From NCBI GenBank assembly GCA_900548315.1, contig URJU01000001.1, positions 1 to 57,135 on the forward strand: a stretch of 57,135 nucleotides of DNA, written 5' to 3'. The translations under genes and the position numbers were made by a program. This DNA comes from an uncultured Coprococcus sp. GTDB lineage: Bacteria > Bacillota > Clostridia > Lachnospirales > Lachnospiraceae. Below, piece by piece: positions 38,684 through 49,427 of the stretch; within the stretch, counting starts at the first letter, position 1; every line of letters begins with the position of its first letter. The notes beneath the pieces were generated by a model. That model was given only the letters and a program-made list of their open reading frames with translations, searched no databases and was not told the origin of the DNA.

Positions 38684-39355
38684 ATGGTTGACGCAGTTGT
38701 GTTTGACATGGATGGGGTCATTCTTGATTCTGAACAGCTGGTGGTGCGGAGCTGGCAGAAGATAGCTCAAAAATACAGTATAGAGGATATAGAGAAGTTC
38801 TGCATGGCTGCACTTGGACTCAACCGTGAGGCAGCGAAAAAGCTCTTTGTCCGGATATATGATGGCAGATATGGGGATGAGGAGAGATATGAATTGCTAA
38901 AGGCTGAGATGGCTGCGGAGTTTCACCGCGCAGCATCGGAGGGAGAGCTCATTCTTAAGCCTGGAGTCACTGATACCCTGAAGCTGCTGGATGATAACCA
39001 TATTCCATGCGCTCTTGCCACGTCCACAAGAAAAGAGGTTGTCACCATGGAACTTACTAATCTAGGTGTGATAGATTACTTTGACAAGCTTATATGCGGA
39101 GATATGGTGGAGAGGAGTAAGCCTGCTCCGGATATCTTCCTTAAGGCGTGTGAGGAGCTCGGAATAGCACCTGACAAAGCGTTTGCTGTGGAGGATTCGT
39201 ATAATGGGGTCAGAGCAGCTTGCTCCGCCGGGATGAAGGTGGTCATGATTCCTGATCTGGTTCAGCCCGATGATGAGATGCGGGAAAAAGCCCTTATCAT
39301 ATTTGATAACATGGACGGGTTTAAAGAGTATATCATGAAACTTGTCACAGCATGA
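38684..39355 (+). CDS. HAD-family phosphatase (beta-PGM-like)
   Basis: FDMDGVILDS, LATS, SKPAPDIF and VEDS motifs. Confidence 0.9.
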   Translation: MVDAVVFDMDGVILDSEQLVVRSWQKIAQKYSIEDIEKFCMAALGLNREAAKKLFVRIYDGRYGDEERYELLKAEMAAEFHRAASEGELILKPGVTDTLKLLDDNHIPCALATSTRKEVVTMELTNLGVIDYFDKLICGDMVERSKPAPDIFLKACEELGIAPDKAFAVEDSYNGVRAACSAGMKVVMIPDLVQPDDEMREKALIIFDNMDGFKEYIMKLVTA

Positions 39356-39396
39356 CGGGGATACTTCAAAACAGAACAAGACACAGAAAATATATA

Positions 39397-39448
39397 AAAA
39401 GGACTCATGATGCAGAGAGAGCATAGCCTCTGTTACAGGAGTCCTTTT
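39397..39448. terminator. Bidirectional terminator between the HAD gene and fucO
   Basis: aaaaggactc...gagtcctttt. Confidence 0.6.
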
Positions 39449-39543
39449 CGTTAGTTTTTAGGGGTTTAAGGGGACTGGTGAAGTCCCATATATAACGTGA
39501 GAGTTCCGGCAAAGAACCGTCACGCTCTGATCTAATGGGTCAG

Positions 39544-40692
39544 TTAGATCAATGACTCGTAGAGTTTGGTGATATCCTCCACGCTAGTCTCTTTTGGATT
39601 GCCCGGACGACATGCGTCATCGTAGGCTGACTGAGCCAGGAATGGAATGTCCTCTGGCTTTACGATGTCCTTCAGATCTGCAGGTATTCCCACGTCTTTA
39701 GACAGCTGGCGAACTGCATCTACAGCAGCTTTTCTGTACTCTTCCTGAGTCATGTCGTCTACACCTTGTACGCCCATAGCTCTTGCTATTTCACGGTATT
39801 TCTCACCGGTGGCATCGGCGTTGTATTCCATGACGGTAGGAAGGATGATCGCGTTGGCAACACCGTGAGGTGTGTCATAAAGAGCTCCCAGTGGATGTGC
39901 CATTGAGTGGACTATTCCAAGTCCAACATTCGAGAATCCCATGCCTGCGACATACTGTCCGAGAGCCATGTCGGTACGGCCTTCAGGGGTGCCTTCAACT
40001 GCTCCACGAAGAGAGCGGCTGATTATCTGGATTGCCTTTAGATGGAACATGTCTGACAGTTCCCATGCAGCGGCTGTGATGTAGCCCTCGATGGCGTGCG
40101 TCAGTGCATCCATACCGGTTGCTGCTGTGAGTCCTTTTGGCATAGAACTCATCATATCAGGATCGACAAATGCGACAACTGGAATGTCCTTAGGATCAAC
40201 ACATACCATCTTTCTGTTCTTTTCAACATCTGTTATAACATAGTTGATGGTAACTTCAGCTGCGGTTCCTGCTGTTGTAGGAACTGCAAATATTGGAATG
40301 GATTTGTTCTTTGTAGGTGCAACGCCCTCAAGACTTCTGATGTCTGCAAAGTCAGGGTTGGCGATAACTATGCCGATACCCTTGGCTGTGTCCATGGAAG
40401 AACCACCGCCTATAGCTATGATATAATCAGCACCGGCAGCCTTGAAAGCATCCACGCCCTGCTGAACATTCTCAATTGTTGGGTTTGGCTTGATGTTAGA
40501 ATAGATCTCGTATGCAAGATCTGAACCGTCCAGAACGTCTGTAACCTTCTTTGTTACACCGAATTTGATGAGATCCGGGTCCGAACACACGAGAGCCTTA
40601 GCAAATCCTCTGCCAAGAGCCTCTGTGGCTATCTCTGCGATTGCACCGGAACCGTGGTATGAGGTTTCATTGAGTACAAATCTGTTTGCCAT
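39544..40692 (-). CDS. fucO: Lactaldehyde reductase (Fe-dependent alcohol dehydrogenase)
   Basis: MANRFVLNETSYHG start, GGGSSMD, PTTAGT, DALTHAIEGY, HSMAH and HGVAN motifs; AGGAGG RBS. Confidence 0.92.
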   Translation of the reverse strand: MANRFVLNETSYHGSGAIAEIATEALGRGFAKALVCSDPDLIKFGVTKKVTDVLDGSDLAYEIYSNIKPNPTIENVQQGVDAFKAAGADYIIAIGGGSSMDTAKGIGIVIANPDFADIRSLEGVAPTKNKSIPIFAVPTTAGTAAEVTINYVITDVEKNRKMVCVDPKDIPVVAFVDPDMMSSMPKGLTAATGMDALTHAIEGYITAAAWELSDMFHLKAIQIISRSLRGAVEGTPEGRTDMALGQYVAGMGFSNVGLGIVHSMAHPLGALYDTPHGVANAIILPTVMEYNADATGEKYREIARAMGVQGVDDMTQEEYRKAAVDAVRQLSKDVGIPADLKDIVKPEDIPFLAQSAYDDACRPGNPKETSVEDITKLYESLI

Positions 40693-40788
40693 AATATTAT
40701 CTCCTCCTTCTTTAAGACATGATCCGTGTGGCGATATGTCGATTGATAAGTGCATATTGCACAAAAGCAGTATCAAAATACTAAGACT

Positions 40789-40858
40789 ATTATAACATTT
40801 TCACAAAAATATTCAATGCAAATAACAGTCAAAATGGATGCATTTACAGTCAAAATGG
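40789..40858 (-). promoter_or_regulatory. fucO promoter with upstream 13-bp direct repeats
   Basis: Minus-strand TTGAAT-N16-TATAAT with TG extension; acagtcaaaatgg at 40825 and 40846 (21-bp period). Confidence 0.6.
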
Positions 40859-40927
40859 CATAAAGTTGTAATAGCGGCGCTGGTTTGATAGAATGTTCTA
40901 AGAAATATGGAACGTGAGGAATATGAT

Positions 40928-42823
40928 ATGACAAGGACACCGGAGGAGCAGCAGATAATAGACAGGTACGTTATGAGACCGAGATGGTCGATAATGAGCA
41001 AGAGAGCTGATTTTACCGAGATAGGAAGAAAATTTGGCATAGATCCCGTGGTAGCCAGGGTTATAACAAACAGGGGAATATATGGTGATGACAATATAAA
41101 TATGTACCTGAACGGCGGAGCGGAGCTTTTGCATGATCCTGCGCTTATGAAGGATCTGCCGGAGGGATGTGGCATAGTACTGGACAAACTTAAGAAAAAC
41201 TGTAGGATACGCATTATATCTGATTATGACGTAGATGGGGTGACATCGAACTACATACTCCTTCTCGGTATGCGAAAAGTTTGGGCGGCTGTACATGGGG
41301 CTGAGCCTTGGCAGTGTGAGGTGGTGGACTACGATATTCCCCACAGGGTTCACGATGGCTACGGTATAAAAAACAGGCTGATAGATGCGGCAAATGCAGA
41401 GGGCGTTGACACGATAATCACATGTGATAATGGTATTGCAGCGTATGATCAGGTGAAGTATGCCAAGTCCCTTGGAATGACAGTCATAGTCACAGATCAC
41501 CATCAGGTTCCTTTTCGTGAGGCTGATGATGGCTCCAAGACATACGTTCTGCCTCCTGCAGACGCTGTTATAGACAACCAGAGGGTGGACTGCAAATATC
41601 CGTTCAAAGGGCTTTGCGGTGCGGGGGTTGCCTGCAAATTCATCCAGTATCTGTATAGGATGTGTGGTATAGATGAGCGTGAGATAGAGGAGTTTTTTGA
41701 AGTGCTGGGTCTGGCGACAAACTGTGATATGATGGATCTCATAGATGAGAACAGGATATTTGTAAAGCACGCTTTGGAAAGCCTAAAAAACAGCAGCAAT
41801 CCGGGGCTAAATGCGCTTATAAGGCTCAGTGGACGAAATGAAAAGAAGATAACGACCTACGATCTGGGATTTCTGATAGGACCGTGTATCAATGCTGCCG
41901 GAAGGCTTGGGGATGCAAAGACTAGTCTGGAATTTCTTTTGGAGAGCAGTGTGGCAAAGTCTGAGATCAAGGCGGCAATGCTCATTCAGACTAACAATGA
42001 GAGAAAAGAGATGACGGAAAAGGGTGTGAGAACCATAACGGAGATGCTGGAGGATGCCACCATAGCCGGAAGATTTAGCGAGACAGCGACCCTGGCCGAC
42101 CGGGTGATAGTGGCGTATATTGCTAATGTGCATGAGAGTGTTGTCGGTATAATCGCCAGCAGGCTCAAGGAGATGTACAGCAGGCCGATTATGGTGTTCA
42201 CAGACAGTGAACATCAGGGGATACTCAAAGGGTCAGGAAGATCCATAGAGAGTTATAATATGTTTGAGGAACTTAACCGTGTGAGGGAGATGTTTACAGA
42301 ATTTGGAGGTCATGCCATGGCGGCGGGATTTTCTATAGCAAAAGGGAACCTCGAAAAGCTCAGACGTACGTTAAATGAACTCTGCACTCTCACGGATGAG
42401 GATATAACACCGCGGGTAAGGATAGATGTTGGGATGCCTCTGTCGTATCTGGCGAACAACAGCATAAGATTGACGGAACAACTCTATCTGTTGGAACCAT
42501 ATGGCAAAGGCAACAGGAAGGCGTTGTTCGGACAGGCAAATGTGTCAGTCCTGAGTGCCGCGATATTTGGCAAAAATAGGAATGTTCTCAGGCTGATATT
42601 GGATATCGGATCTGGCAGATCCATGAAAGCGATATATTTTGAGCCGGATGAGTTTGTTAATAATATAAAACAGTGGTTTGGCGAGGATGAATGTGCTAAA
42701 ATGTTAAATGGTCATCTGAACAAAGTGACCATTGATATGGTATATTATCCTGAGATAAATGAATACCGTGGAGAGAAAAATGTACAGATAAAGCTGGAGA
42801 GATATGACAGATCTGATGTGTGA
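40928..42823 (+). CDS. recJ: Single-stranded-DNA exonuclease RecJ
   Basis: DYDVDG, TCDNG, TDHH, INAAGRL, GSGRS and GGHAMAAG motifs; alternative start at 40907. Confidence 0.95.
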   Translation: MTRTPEEQQIIDRYVMRPRWSIMSKRADFTEIGRKFGIDPVVARVITNRGIYGDDNINMYLNGGAELLHDPALMKDLPEGCGIVLDKLKKNCRIRIISDYDVDGVTSNYILLLGMRKVWAAVHGAEPWQCEVVDYDIPHRVHDGYGIKNRLIDAANAEGVDTIITCDNGIAAYDQVKYAKSLGMTVIVTDHHQVPFREADDGSKTYVLPPADAVIDNQRVDCKYPFKGLCGAGVACKFIQYLYRMCGIDEREIEEFFEVLGLATNCDMMDLIDENRIFVKHALESLKNSSNPGLNALIRLSGRNEKKITTYDLGFLIGPCINAAGRLGDAKTSLEFLLESSVAKSEIKAAMLIQTNNERKEMTEKGVRTITEMLEDATIAGRFSETATLADRVIVAYIANVHESVVGIIASRLKEMYSRPIMVFTDSEHQGILKGSGRSIESYNMFEELNRVREMFTEFGGHAMAAGFSIAKGNLEKLRRTLNELCTLTDEDITPRVRIDVGMPLSYLANNSIRLTEQLYLLEPYGKGNRKALFGQANVSVLSAAIFGKNRNVLRLILDIGSGRSMKAIYFEPDEFVNNIKQWFGEDECAKMLNGHLNKVTIDMVYYPEINEYRGEKNVQIKLERYDRSDV

Positions 42824-42847
42824 TGCTGTATTGAACAGGAGGATAAG

Positions 42848-43372
42848 ATGAGCGAGGTAGAAAAGTATATTAAGAGTATTCCAGATTTCCCAAAGCCGGG
42901 AATAATATTCAGAGATGTGACAAGTGTCACAGAGGATCCAGAGGGTATGAGACTTGCTATTGACGAGATGGACAAGCTGCTTGAGGGTGTTGATTATGAT
43001 GTTATAGCGGGAGCAGAGTCCAGGGGATTTATATTTGGTGCACCGCTTGCTTATAAGAATGGCAAGGGGCTTGTCCTTGTGAGAAAGAAGGGAAAACTTC
43101 CGAGAGAGACAGTTGAGATGTCATATGATCTTGAATATGGACAGGCGACCATAGAGATCCATAGGGATTCCATAAAGCCGGGAGAGAAAGTTGTGCTTGT
43201 GGATGATCTTATTGCTACAGGAGGAACCATTGAGGCAGCTGCAAAGCTCATAGAGAGTCTGGGTGGTATAGTTGTGAAGATGGTGTTCCTCATAGAACTC
43301 ACAGATCTGAAGGGCAGAGAGAGACTGGCCAAGTATGATGTGGATTCAGTTGTGAAATTTGAGGGAGAATGA
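42848..43372 (+). CDS. apt: Adenine phosphoribosyltransferase
   Basis: PDFPKPGIIFRD, ESRGF, RKKGKLP and VDDLIATGGT motifs. Confidence 0.97.
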   Translation: MSEVEKYIKSIPDFPKPGIIFRDVTSVTEDPEGMRLAIDEMDKLLEGVDYDVIAGAESRGFIFGAPLAYKNGKGLVLVRKKGKLPRETVEMSYDLEYGQATIEIHRDSIKPGEKVVLVDDLIATGGTIEAAAKLIESLGGIVVKMVFLIELTDLKGRERLAKYDVDSVVKFEGE

Positions 43373-43413
43373 TCAGGTTAGAATGGCAAATAACAGGAAA
43401 GCGTGGTGATCGT

Positions 43414-45858
43414 ATGAGTGAGATATTGGATAAGACACAGGACAATATAGTAGCTGAAGAGACTAAGAAGGCGGCTGAAGTCGGGGTGATGACAACAGAG
43501 CAGGCCACAAAGGAAGGAATAGCAGCTATAGAGAAGGCGCTTGCTGCAGGAAAGGCAGTTCCTCAGAATCAGTTGATGAAGATAGATGAACAGAATAATA
43601 AACAGGCGCGCGCTAAGAGAGAGATAGACCTCTCCACTCCTGCTGACTTTACTCCACCGGAGGAGCTGTACAAGGAACTTATAACAAGAATCCTCACATA
43701 TCACCCGTCTGCTGATATAACCATGATCGAAAAGGCGTATAAGGTTGCCGATGAAGCCCACAAGGGACAGCTCAGAAAGTCAGGGGAACCTTATATAATG
43801 CATCCACTCAATGTGGCGATCATACTGGCGGAGCTGGAACTTGATAAGGAGACTATAGTTGCCGGAATACTTCATGATGTCGTGGAGGATACGGTGATGA
43901 CATCCGAGGAGATAGCCGCAGAATTCTCTGAGGAGGTTGCGTTTCTTGTGGACGGTGTAACAAAGCTGACACAGTTAAAGATGACTACGGATAAGATAGA
44001 GGTTCAGGCGGAGAATCTGCGTAAGATGTTCCTCTCAATGGCGAAGGATATCCGTGTTATCCTTATAAAGCTTGCGGACAGACTCCACAATCTCAGAACA
44101 TTGCAGTACCAGTCCCCAGAGAAACAGATAGAGAAGGCAAGGGAGACCATGGATATATATGCTCCTATAGCACACAGACTTGGTATAAGCAAGATAAAGG
44201 TCGAACTTGATGACCTGTCTATGATGTATCTCATGCCGGAGGTATACCATGACTTAAAGGCTCAGATCGATGAAAAGCTGACAGAGAGAGATGCGTACAT
44301 CAGAAGGGTGGTTGCTGATGTCAAGAAACATATTGACAATGCTGGTCTTGAGGCGGAGATCGATGGAAGAGTCAAACATTTCTTCAGCATCTACAAAAAG
44401 ATGAAGAACCAGAATAAGACGCTGGATCAGATATACGATATATTTGCTGTCCGTATAAAGGTAAATACGGTGCGAGACTGCTATTCAGCTCTTGGTATCA
44501 TACATGAGATGTACAAGCCTATACCAGGACGTTTTAAGGACTATATAGCAATGCCAAAGTCCAACATGTATCAGTCACTCCACACCACACTGATAGGCCC
44601 TGAGGGACAGCCATTTGAGATACAGATAAGGACCTATGAGATGCACAGGACGGCTGAGTATGGTATAGCAGCTCATTGGAAATACAAAGAGAACATAACA
44701 GGAACGGTCATGCAGAAGGAGGAGGAAAAACTCTCGTGGCTCCGTCAGATCCTTGAGTGGCAGAGGGATACAGATGATAACAAGGAATTCATGAGTTTTG
44801 TCAAGACAGATCTCGACCTTTTTGCCGAGCAGGTGTACTGTTTTACTCCTGCTGGAGATGTAAAAAATCTGCCTAGTGGTTCAACACCGATAGATTTTGC
44901 ATATGCCATTCATACGGCAGTGGGCAATAAGATGGTGGGAGCTAGGATAAATGGCCGTCAGGTGCCTATAGATACAAAGCTCAATAATGGAGACAGAGTG
45001 GAGATAATAACATCCCAGAACTCCACGGGTCCTAGTCGCGACTGGCTGAATATAGTCAAGAGTACTCAGGCGAAGACCAAGATAAATCAGTGGTTCAAGC
45101 ATCAGTTCAAGGACGAGAATATCAGCCGTGGCAAGGAACTGATACTCAGCTACTGCAAGTCAAAGGGTATTGATTACTTCATGTACTCAAAACCAGAATA
45201 TCAGGAGAAGATATACAAGAAGTACAATTTTCAAGACTGGGATTCCATCGTTGCCGCTGTCGGTCATGGCGGAATAAAAGAAGGACAGATAGTAAACCGT
45301 CTTATAGATGAATACAACAAGGATCACAGACAGCAGACAGTGACTAACGAAGCAGTGCTCGATGAATTTGCGGTTAAGAAGAATCATGGAAACCATGTTG
45401 GCAAGGGGGGGATTATTGTCAATGGCATAGATGATGTGGCTGTCAGATTCTCAAAGTGTTGTTCTCCGGTTCCGGGGGATGAGATAGTTGGATTTATCAC
45501 CAGGGGCAGAGGTGTGTCTATTCATAGGACAGACTGCGTAAATGTGTTGTGCATGAGTGAGGCAGACAGAGCCAGAGTCATAGAGGCAGAGTGGAAAGAC
45601 GATGCCGTGGCAGAGGGCACATACATGACAGAGATAAATATATATGCAGATGACAGAAATGGAATCCTCTTTGACATTACCAAGATACTCAGCGAGGCGA
45701 ACATAAATGTCAACAGCATAAACAGCCGTACCAGCAAGCAGGGAAAGGCAACCATCACCATATCATTTTCGATAAAGTCCAAGGAGCAGTTAAATACGAT
45801 CATAGCAAAGATCAGAAATGTGGACAGTATCATTGATATAGAGAGAACTACAGGTTGA
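43414..45858 (+). CDS. relA: Bifunctional (p)ppGpp synthetase/hydrolase
   Basis: RKSGEPY, LHDVVED (intact HD), RFKDYI, YQSLHT and EIQIRT motifs; TGS and ACT domains; N-terminal extension. Confidence 0.96.
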   Translation: MSEILDKTQDNIVAEETKKAAEVGVMTTEQATKEGIAAIEKALAAGKAVPQNQLMKIDEQNNKQARAKREIDLSTPADFTPPEELYKELITRILTYHPSADITMIEKAYKVADEAHKGQLRKSGEPYIMHPLNVAIILAELELDKETIVAGILHDVVEDTVMTSEEIAAEFSEEVAFLVDGVTKLTQLKMTTDKIEVQAENLRKMFLSMAKDIRVILIKLADRLHNLRTLQYQSPEKQIEKARETMDIYAPIAHRLGISKIKVELDDLSMMYLMPEVYHDLKAQIDEKLTERDAYIRRVVADVKKHIDNAGLEAEIDGRVKHFFSIYKKMKNQNKTLDQIYDIFAVRIKVNTVRDCYSALGIIHEMYKPIPGRFKDYIAMPKSNMYQSLHTTLIGPEGQPFEIQIRTYEMHRTAEYGIAAHWKYKENITGTVMQKEEEKLSWLRQILEWQRDTDDNKEFMSFVKTDLDLFAEQVYCFTPAGDVKNLPSGSTPIDFAYAIHTAVGNKMVGARINGRQVPIDTKLNNGDRVEIITSQNSTGPSRDWLNIVKSTQAKTKINQWFKHQFKDENISRGKELILSYCKSKGIDYFMYSKPEYQEKIYKKYNFQDWDSIVAAVGHGGIKEGQIVNRLIDEYNKDHRQQTVTNEAVLDEFAVKKNHGNHVGKGGIIVNGIDDVAVRFSKCCSPVPGDEIVGFITRGRGVSIHRTDCVNVLCMSEADRARVIEAEWKDDAVAEGTYMTEINIYADDRNGILFDITKILSEANINVNSINSRTSKQGKATITISFSIKSKEQLNTIIAKIRNVDSIIDIERTTG

Positions 45859-45905
45859 TGCTGACGGCAAAATAGGGAAAATTGAAAGAAGGTTATGGAA
45901 AGCTT

Positions 45906-47180
45906 ATGAAAAGCGATAGTAAGAGGTATGTATCATTGATTATTGCGGCGGTGCTGGTATTTATCATGCTGGCAGGTTCATGCGGCGGCAGTGTGACCGC
46001 AGATGCGGCGGTGAGAACAGGAAAGGCATCCATTGCAACGGACACAGATGCCGGGCAGATAAGTGGTCTGCAGGCGGTGCCAAATAGCAGCTCGTCCATA
46101 CAGCTCACATGGGATGTGAGCGAAGGGGTGGATACATACCGTGTATATGTATACGATGTGACTAAAAAGATATACAAGGAGATGGGAAATACAGACGCGG
46201 GCGAATTCCTGCTGAGAGGACTTGCAAAGTCTGGAAATGAGTACCAGTTGGCGGTCAGAGGATATGTGTATTCAGGGGATAACCTGGTTGAGGCGACGGA
46301 ACTTACATGTTTGTCGGCAAAGACTTTTCCGAAAGCGCCAAAGCTCTCTGAGCTGGGGTCACACAGTATTTCCTGTACATATACGAAATGGAACGCAGTC
46401 ACGGGTGCTGATGGATACCAGGTATACAGATACAATAGTTCTACAAAACAGTGGTCCATGCTGGCTGATACGACAAAACTCATATATAAAGATACTGGAA
46501 GATCGGCGGCGACAGGATATATATACAGGGTCAGGGCGTATATGACATACAACGGCCAGACGTATTACAGTGCATATTCGAATAACCAGAAGACTGCCAC
46601 TGTTCCGAGATCGGTGTCTGAGGCTGTGTATTACGAGAATCAGATAGTTGTAAACCGTGGACATGGAGAGTACTCTCTGGCAAAGGCTGATGCACCTTAT
46701 ATGTACGTGCACGGTTACAAGCTTGAGCTAACAAAAACAAATGGCTGCACAGGATGCGCCGTGTATTACCAGGATGTCAGATCCAGATCACAGGCGAGTG
46801 CAAAAAAGGCGAAATTGCTCGGCTACACGAGATCATCGGTGCTGAACCTCAGGAGGACCACCCGCAAGGGTTATGAGAGAGTGTTCTGGGTTAGTACATA
46901 TTATGTGTATGGTGGCAAGAGATATGTGAATCCTTCCAGAATACCAGTAACGTATGAGGGTGTAAGATATACATATAAGGATAAGAGGGGCAAAGTAACC
47001 GGAATAGAGGAACATGAGTATGATGCGGTGGACAGTCAGATATCTGAGATAAGATATTATACTTCTGGCAACAGACTCAGAAAGTATGACATATACCTGT
47101 ACAATCACAATGGATTTGCATACGGTGTCAGGACATACAATGCGGCCGGCAGACTGGTAAAGACCGAGCGCTGGCGATGA
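45906..47180 (+). CDS. Secreted fibronectin type III-domain protein
   Basis: Signal peptide; two FN3-like modules (LTW...YRVY; KWNAVTGADGYQVYR...YRVRAY); basic, Tyr-rich C-terminal half. Confidence 0.75.
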   Translation: MKSDSKRYVSLIIAAVLVFIMLAGSCGGSVTADAAVRTGKASIATDTDAGQISGLQAVPNSSSSIQLTWDVSEGVDTYRVYVYDVTKKIYKEMGNTDAGEFLLRGLAKSGNEYQLAVRGYVYSGDNLVEATELTCLSAKTFPKAPKLSELGSHSISCTYTKWNAVTGADGYQVYRYNSSTKQWSMLADTTKLIYKDTGRSAATGYIYRVRAYMTYNGQTYYSAYSNNQKTATVPRSVSEAVYYENQIVVNRGHGEYSLAKADAPYMYVHGYKLELTKTNGCTGCAVYYQDVRSRSQASAKKAKLLGYTRSSVLNLRRTTRKGYERVFWVSTYYVYGGKRYVNPSRIPVTYEGVRYTYKDKRGKVTGIEEHEYDAVDSQISEIRYYTSGNRLRKYDIYLYNHNGFAYGVRTYNAAGRLVKTERWR

Positions 47181-47216
47181 TAGGTAAGCCACAAATATAC
47201 ATATTCGGAGGTTTAT

Positions 47217-47858
47217 ATGGCAAAATTAAATATAGATGCGTATGAGCTGGGTGGATTCCAGACCAATTGTTATATTGTGTCAAATCCGGATACAGGAGAG
47301 GCGATAGTTATCGATCCTTCATGGAATGCAGCTCTCATAAAGAGAAAACTTGACGACAGGGATCTCAAATGTGTTGGAATATTTCTCACACATGGACATA
47401 TAGATCACATGGCGGCGATGGATGAGATGAAGGAACTCACAGGTGCGCCGACATACGCGTCCGAGGACGAGAAAGAAGTTCTGGGGAACAGTAAAGTTAA
47501 CCTCTCAGCAATGATGACTTCGGTATTTGGCAAGGTGGTTGAAACCGATGTGGATAATTATCTTGCTGAAGGAGATGTGAAAAAACTCCTCAACACGGAG
47601 ATGAGGTGTATAGGTGTTCCAGGTCATACAAAGGGCGGAATGTGCTACTATTTTGAACAGGAGCATATATTATTCTCGGGAGATACGCTTTTCAAGTACA
47701 GTGTGGGCAGATCGGACTTTCCAACAGGGGATGAGAATGCTCTGCTTGAGAATATAGGAGAGAAACTTTTTATCCTGCCTGATGATACGGTGGTGTATCC
47801 CGGACATGGAGACAAGACACAGATTGGAAAAGAGAAAAAAATGAATCCATTCTTTTAG
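47217..47858 (+). CDS. MBL-fold metallo-hydrolase (glyoxalase II-like)
   Basis: THGHIDH, PGHT, GDTLF and PGHG motifs. Confidence 0.92.
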   Translation: MAKLNIDAYELGGFQTNCYIVSNPDTGEAIVIDPSWNAALIKRKLDDRDLKCVGIFLTHGHIDHMAAMDEMKELTGAPTYASEDEKEVLGNSKVNLSAMMTSVFGKVVETDVDNYLAEGDVKKLLNTEMRCIGVPGHTKGGMCYYFEQEHILFSGDTLFKYSVGRSDFPTGDENALLENIGEKLFILPDDTVVYPGHGDKTQIGKEKKMNPFF

Positions 47859-47924
47859 GGTAACGGGGGTTAAGAGCCTCCGTTATCCTATATGAGTGAG
47901 ACAGATGTGTGGGAATAATACATA

Positions 47925-49427
47925 ATGATATTACTTATTCAGAATATAGAAGATTATAACAATGATCTCAGGGTGAGCCTTCAGGCATTTTATGGCGGAG
48001 AGAGGATAATAGTTCCTGAGATATTTGATAAAAAGCCTGAATTGAAGGCGGAAGTGGATAAGGTGTTTGTGGCGGATGTCCGGGAGCACATTATAGAGAT
48101 AAAGTTGTATGAGACAGCGCGGGGCGAAGAGGTTCCTGTGTGCAGCACCAAGGTGAATATAGATGGTGACTGCAGGGATAAGGCTGTTGTCAGAAATCCG
48201 CTCAAGCTTGCCGTATATGAGATGCTGTCGTCTTACACAGGAAGAACGCTGCCATGGGGATCATTAACCGGCATACGTCCAACGAAGATTGCTGTGGCTC
48301 AGATCGAGGATGGAGCGCAAAGGGAGGCTGTTGTCGAGAATTACATTAATGTGTATGGAACCTGCAGGGCAAAGGCGGAGCTTGCTTTTGATGTAGCCGG
48401 CAGAGAAAAAAGGATCATAGATTCAGTTTCTGAGGATGATGAGTATTGTTTGTATATAGGGATACCGTTCTGTCCGAGCAGATGTCTTTATTGTTCATTT
48501 ACATCCTACCCTATAGCAGTATATAGGGATAAGGTTAAAACTTATCTGGATGCACTTGAAAAGGAGATGGATTATGTTGCGGATGCGTATAGCAGGAAAA
48601 AACTAATATCCATATATATAGGCGGTGGAACGCCGTCTTCCATATCGGCGGAGGATATGGAGAGACTTTGCGGCATGGTAGAAAAGGCATTTGATCTTCA
48701 GTATATGAGGGAGTTCACGATAGAGGCGGGAAGACCTGACAGCACGACCTATGACAAGCTGGCGGTGATGAAAAAGCATGGTGTGACCAGAATAAGCATA
48801 AATCCTCAGACAATGAATGAACAGACGCTGCATATCATAGGAAGGGCACACACACCGGAACAGACAAGAACTGCGATGGAGCTGGCGAGAAAGGTCGGAT
48901 TTGACAATATAAATATGGACCTTATTGTTGGGCTTCCGGGCGAGGATGTGGATGCTGTTAAAAATACGCTAAGACAGATAAGGGAACTTTCACCAGAAAG
49001 CCTTACGGTTCATACACTGGCGGTCAAGAGAGCGGCAATGCTCAATGCAGAGATGGACAGATACAGAGATATGCTGAAAAGTGACATAGAGGGTCAGCTT
49101 GATGCGGTGACAAAGGCAGCCCGTGATATGGGGCTTGCACCGTACTATCTTTACAGACAGAAGAACATGACGGGTAATCTTGAGAATGTTGGATATTCGA
49201 AAGATGGACTAGAATGCCTCTATAATATACTTATCATGGAGGAGAGAACTGACATTGTGGGACTTGGCGCGGGAAGTTCTTCGAAACTAGTGGTGAGAGC
49301 GGGGCATGATGGCGTTACGGAGGGAACCCGTATAGACAGAATAGAGAACTGCAAGAGTGTTGATGATTATATATCGCGTATAGATGAGATGATAGCAAGA
49401 AAAAAGGCGGGATTTATATGGAATTAG
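47925..49427 (+). CDS. hemZ: HemZ-type radical SAM protein
   Basis: PWGSLTGIRP, FCPSRCLYCSF, GGGTP, EAGRPD and YYLYRQK motifs. Confidence 0.9.
   Translation: MILLIQNIEDYNNDLRVSLQAFYGGERIIVPEIFDKKPELKAEVDKVFVADVREHIIEIKLYETARGEEVPVCSTKVNIDGDCRDKAVVRNPLKLAVYEMLSSYTGRTLPWGSLTGIRPTKIAVAQIEDGAQREAVVENYINVYGTCRAKAELAFDVAGREKRIIDSVSEDDEYCLYIGIPFCPSRCLYCSFTSYPIAVYRDKVKTYLDALEKEMDYVADAYSRKKLISIYIGGGTPSSISAEDMERLCGMVEKAFDLQYMREFTIEAGRPDSTTYDKLAVMKKHGVTRISINPQTMNEQTLHIIGRAHTPEQTRTAMELARKVGFDNINMDLIVGLPGEDVDAVKNTLRQIRELSPESLTVHTLAVKRAAMLNAEMDRYRDMLKSDIEGQLDAVTKAARDMGLAPYYLYRQKNMTGNLENVGYSKDGLECLYNILIMEERTDIVGLGAGSSSKLVVRAGHDGVTEGTRIDRIENCKSVDDYISRIDEMIARKKAGFIWN

Noticed and set aside
39460..39525. Small hairpins downstream of fucO (gggact-ggtga-agtccc) as a mobile-element remnant
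   Set aside because: The stems are too short to distinguish from chance or 3' UTR structure without a copy-number search.
40789..40806. Rex operator at the fucO promoter
   Set aside because: Only one half-site (TTGTGAA on the minus strand) matches well, and the other half coincides with the -10 box.
40898..41770. Long antisense ORFs (this one, 10778-11614, 15496-16266, 23971-24615, 45893-46552 and others)
   Set aside because: They are shadow frames of well-supported genes, with no RBS or recognisable motifs.
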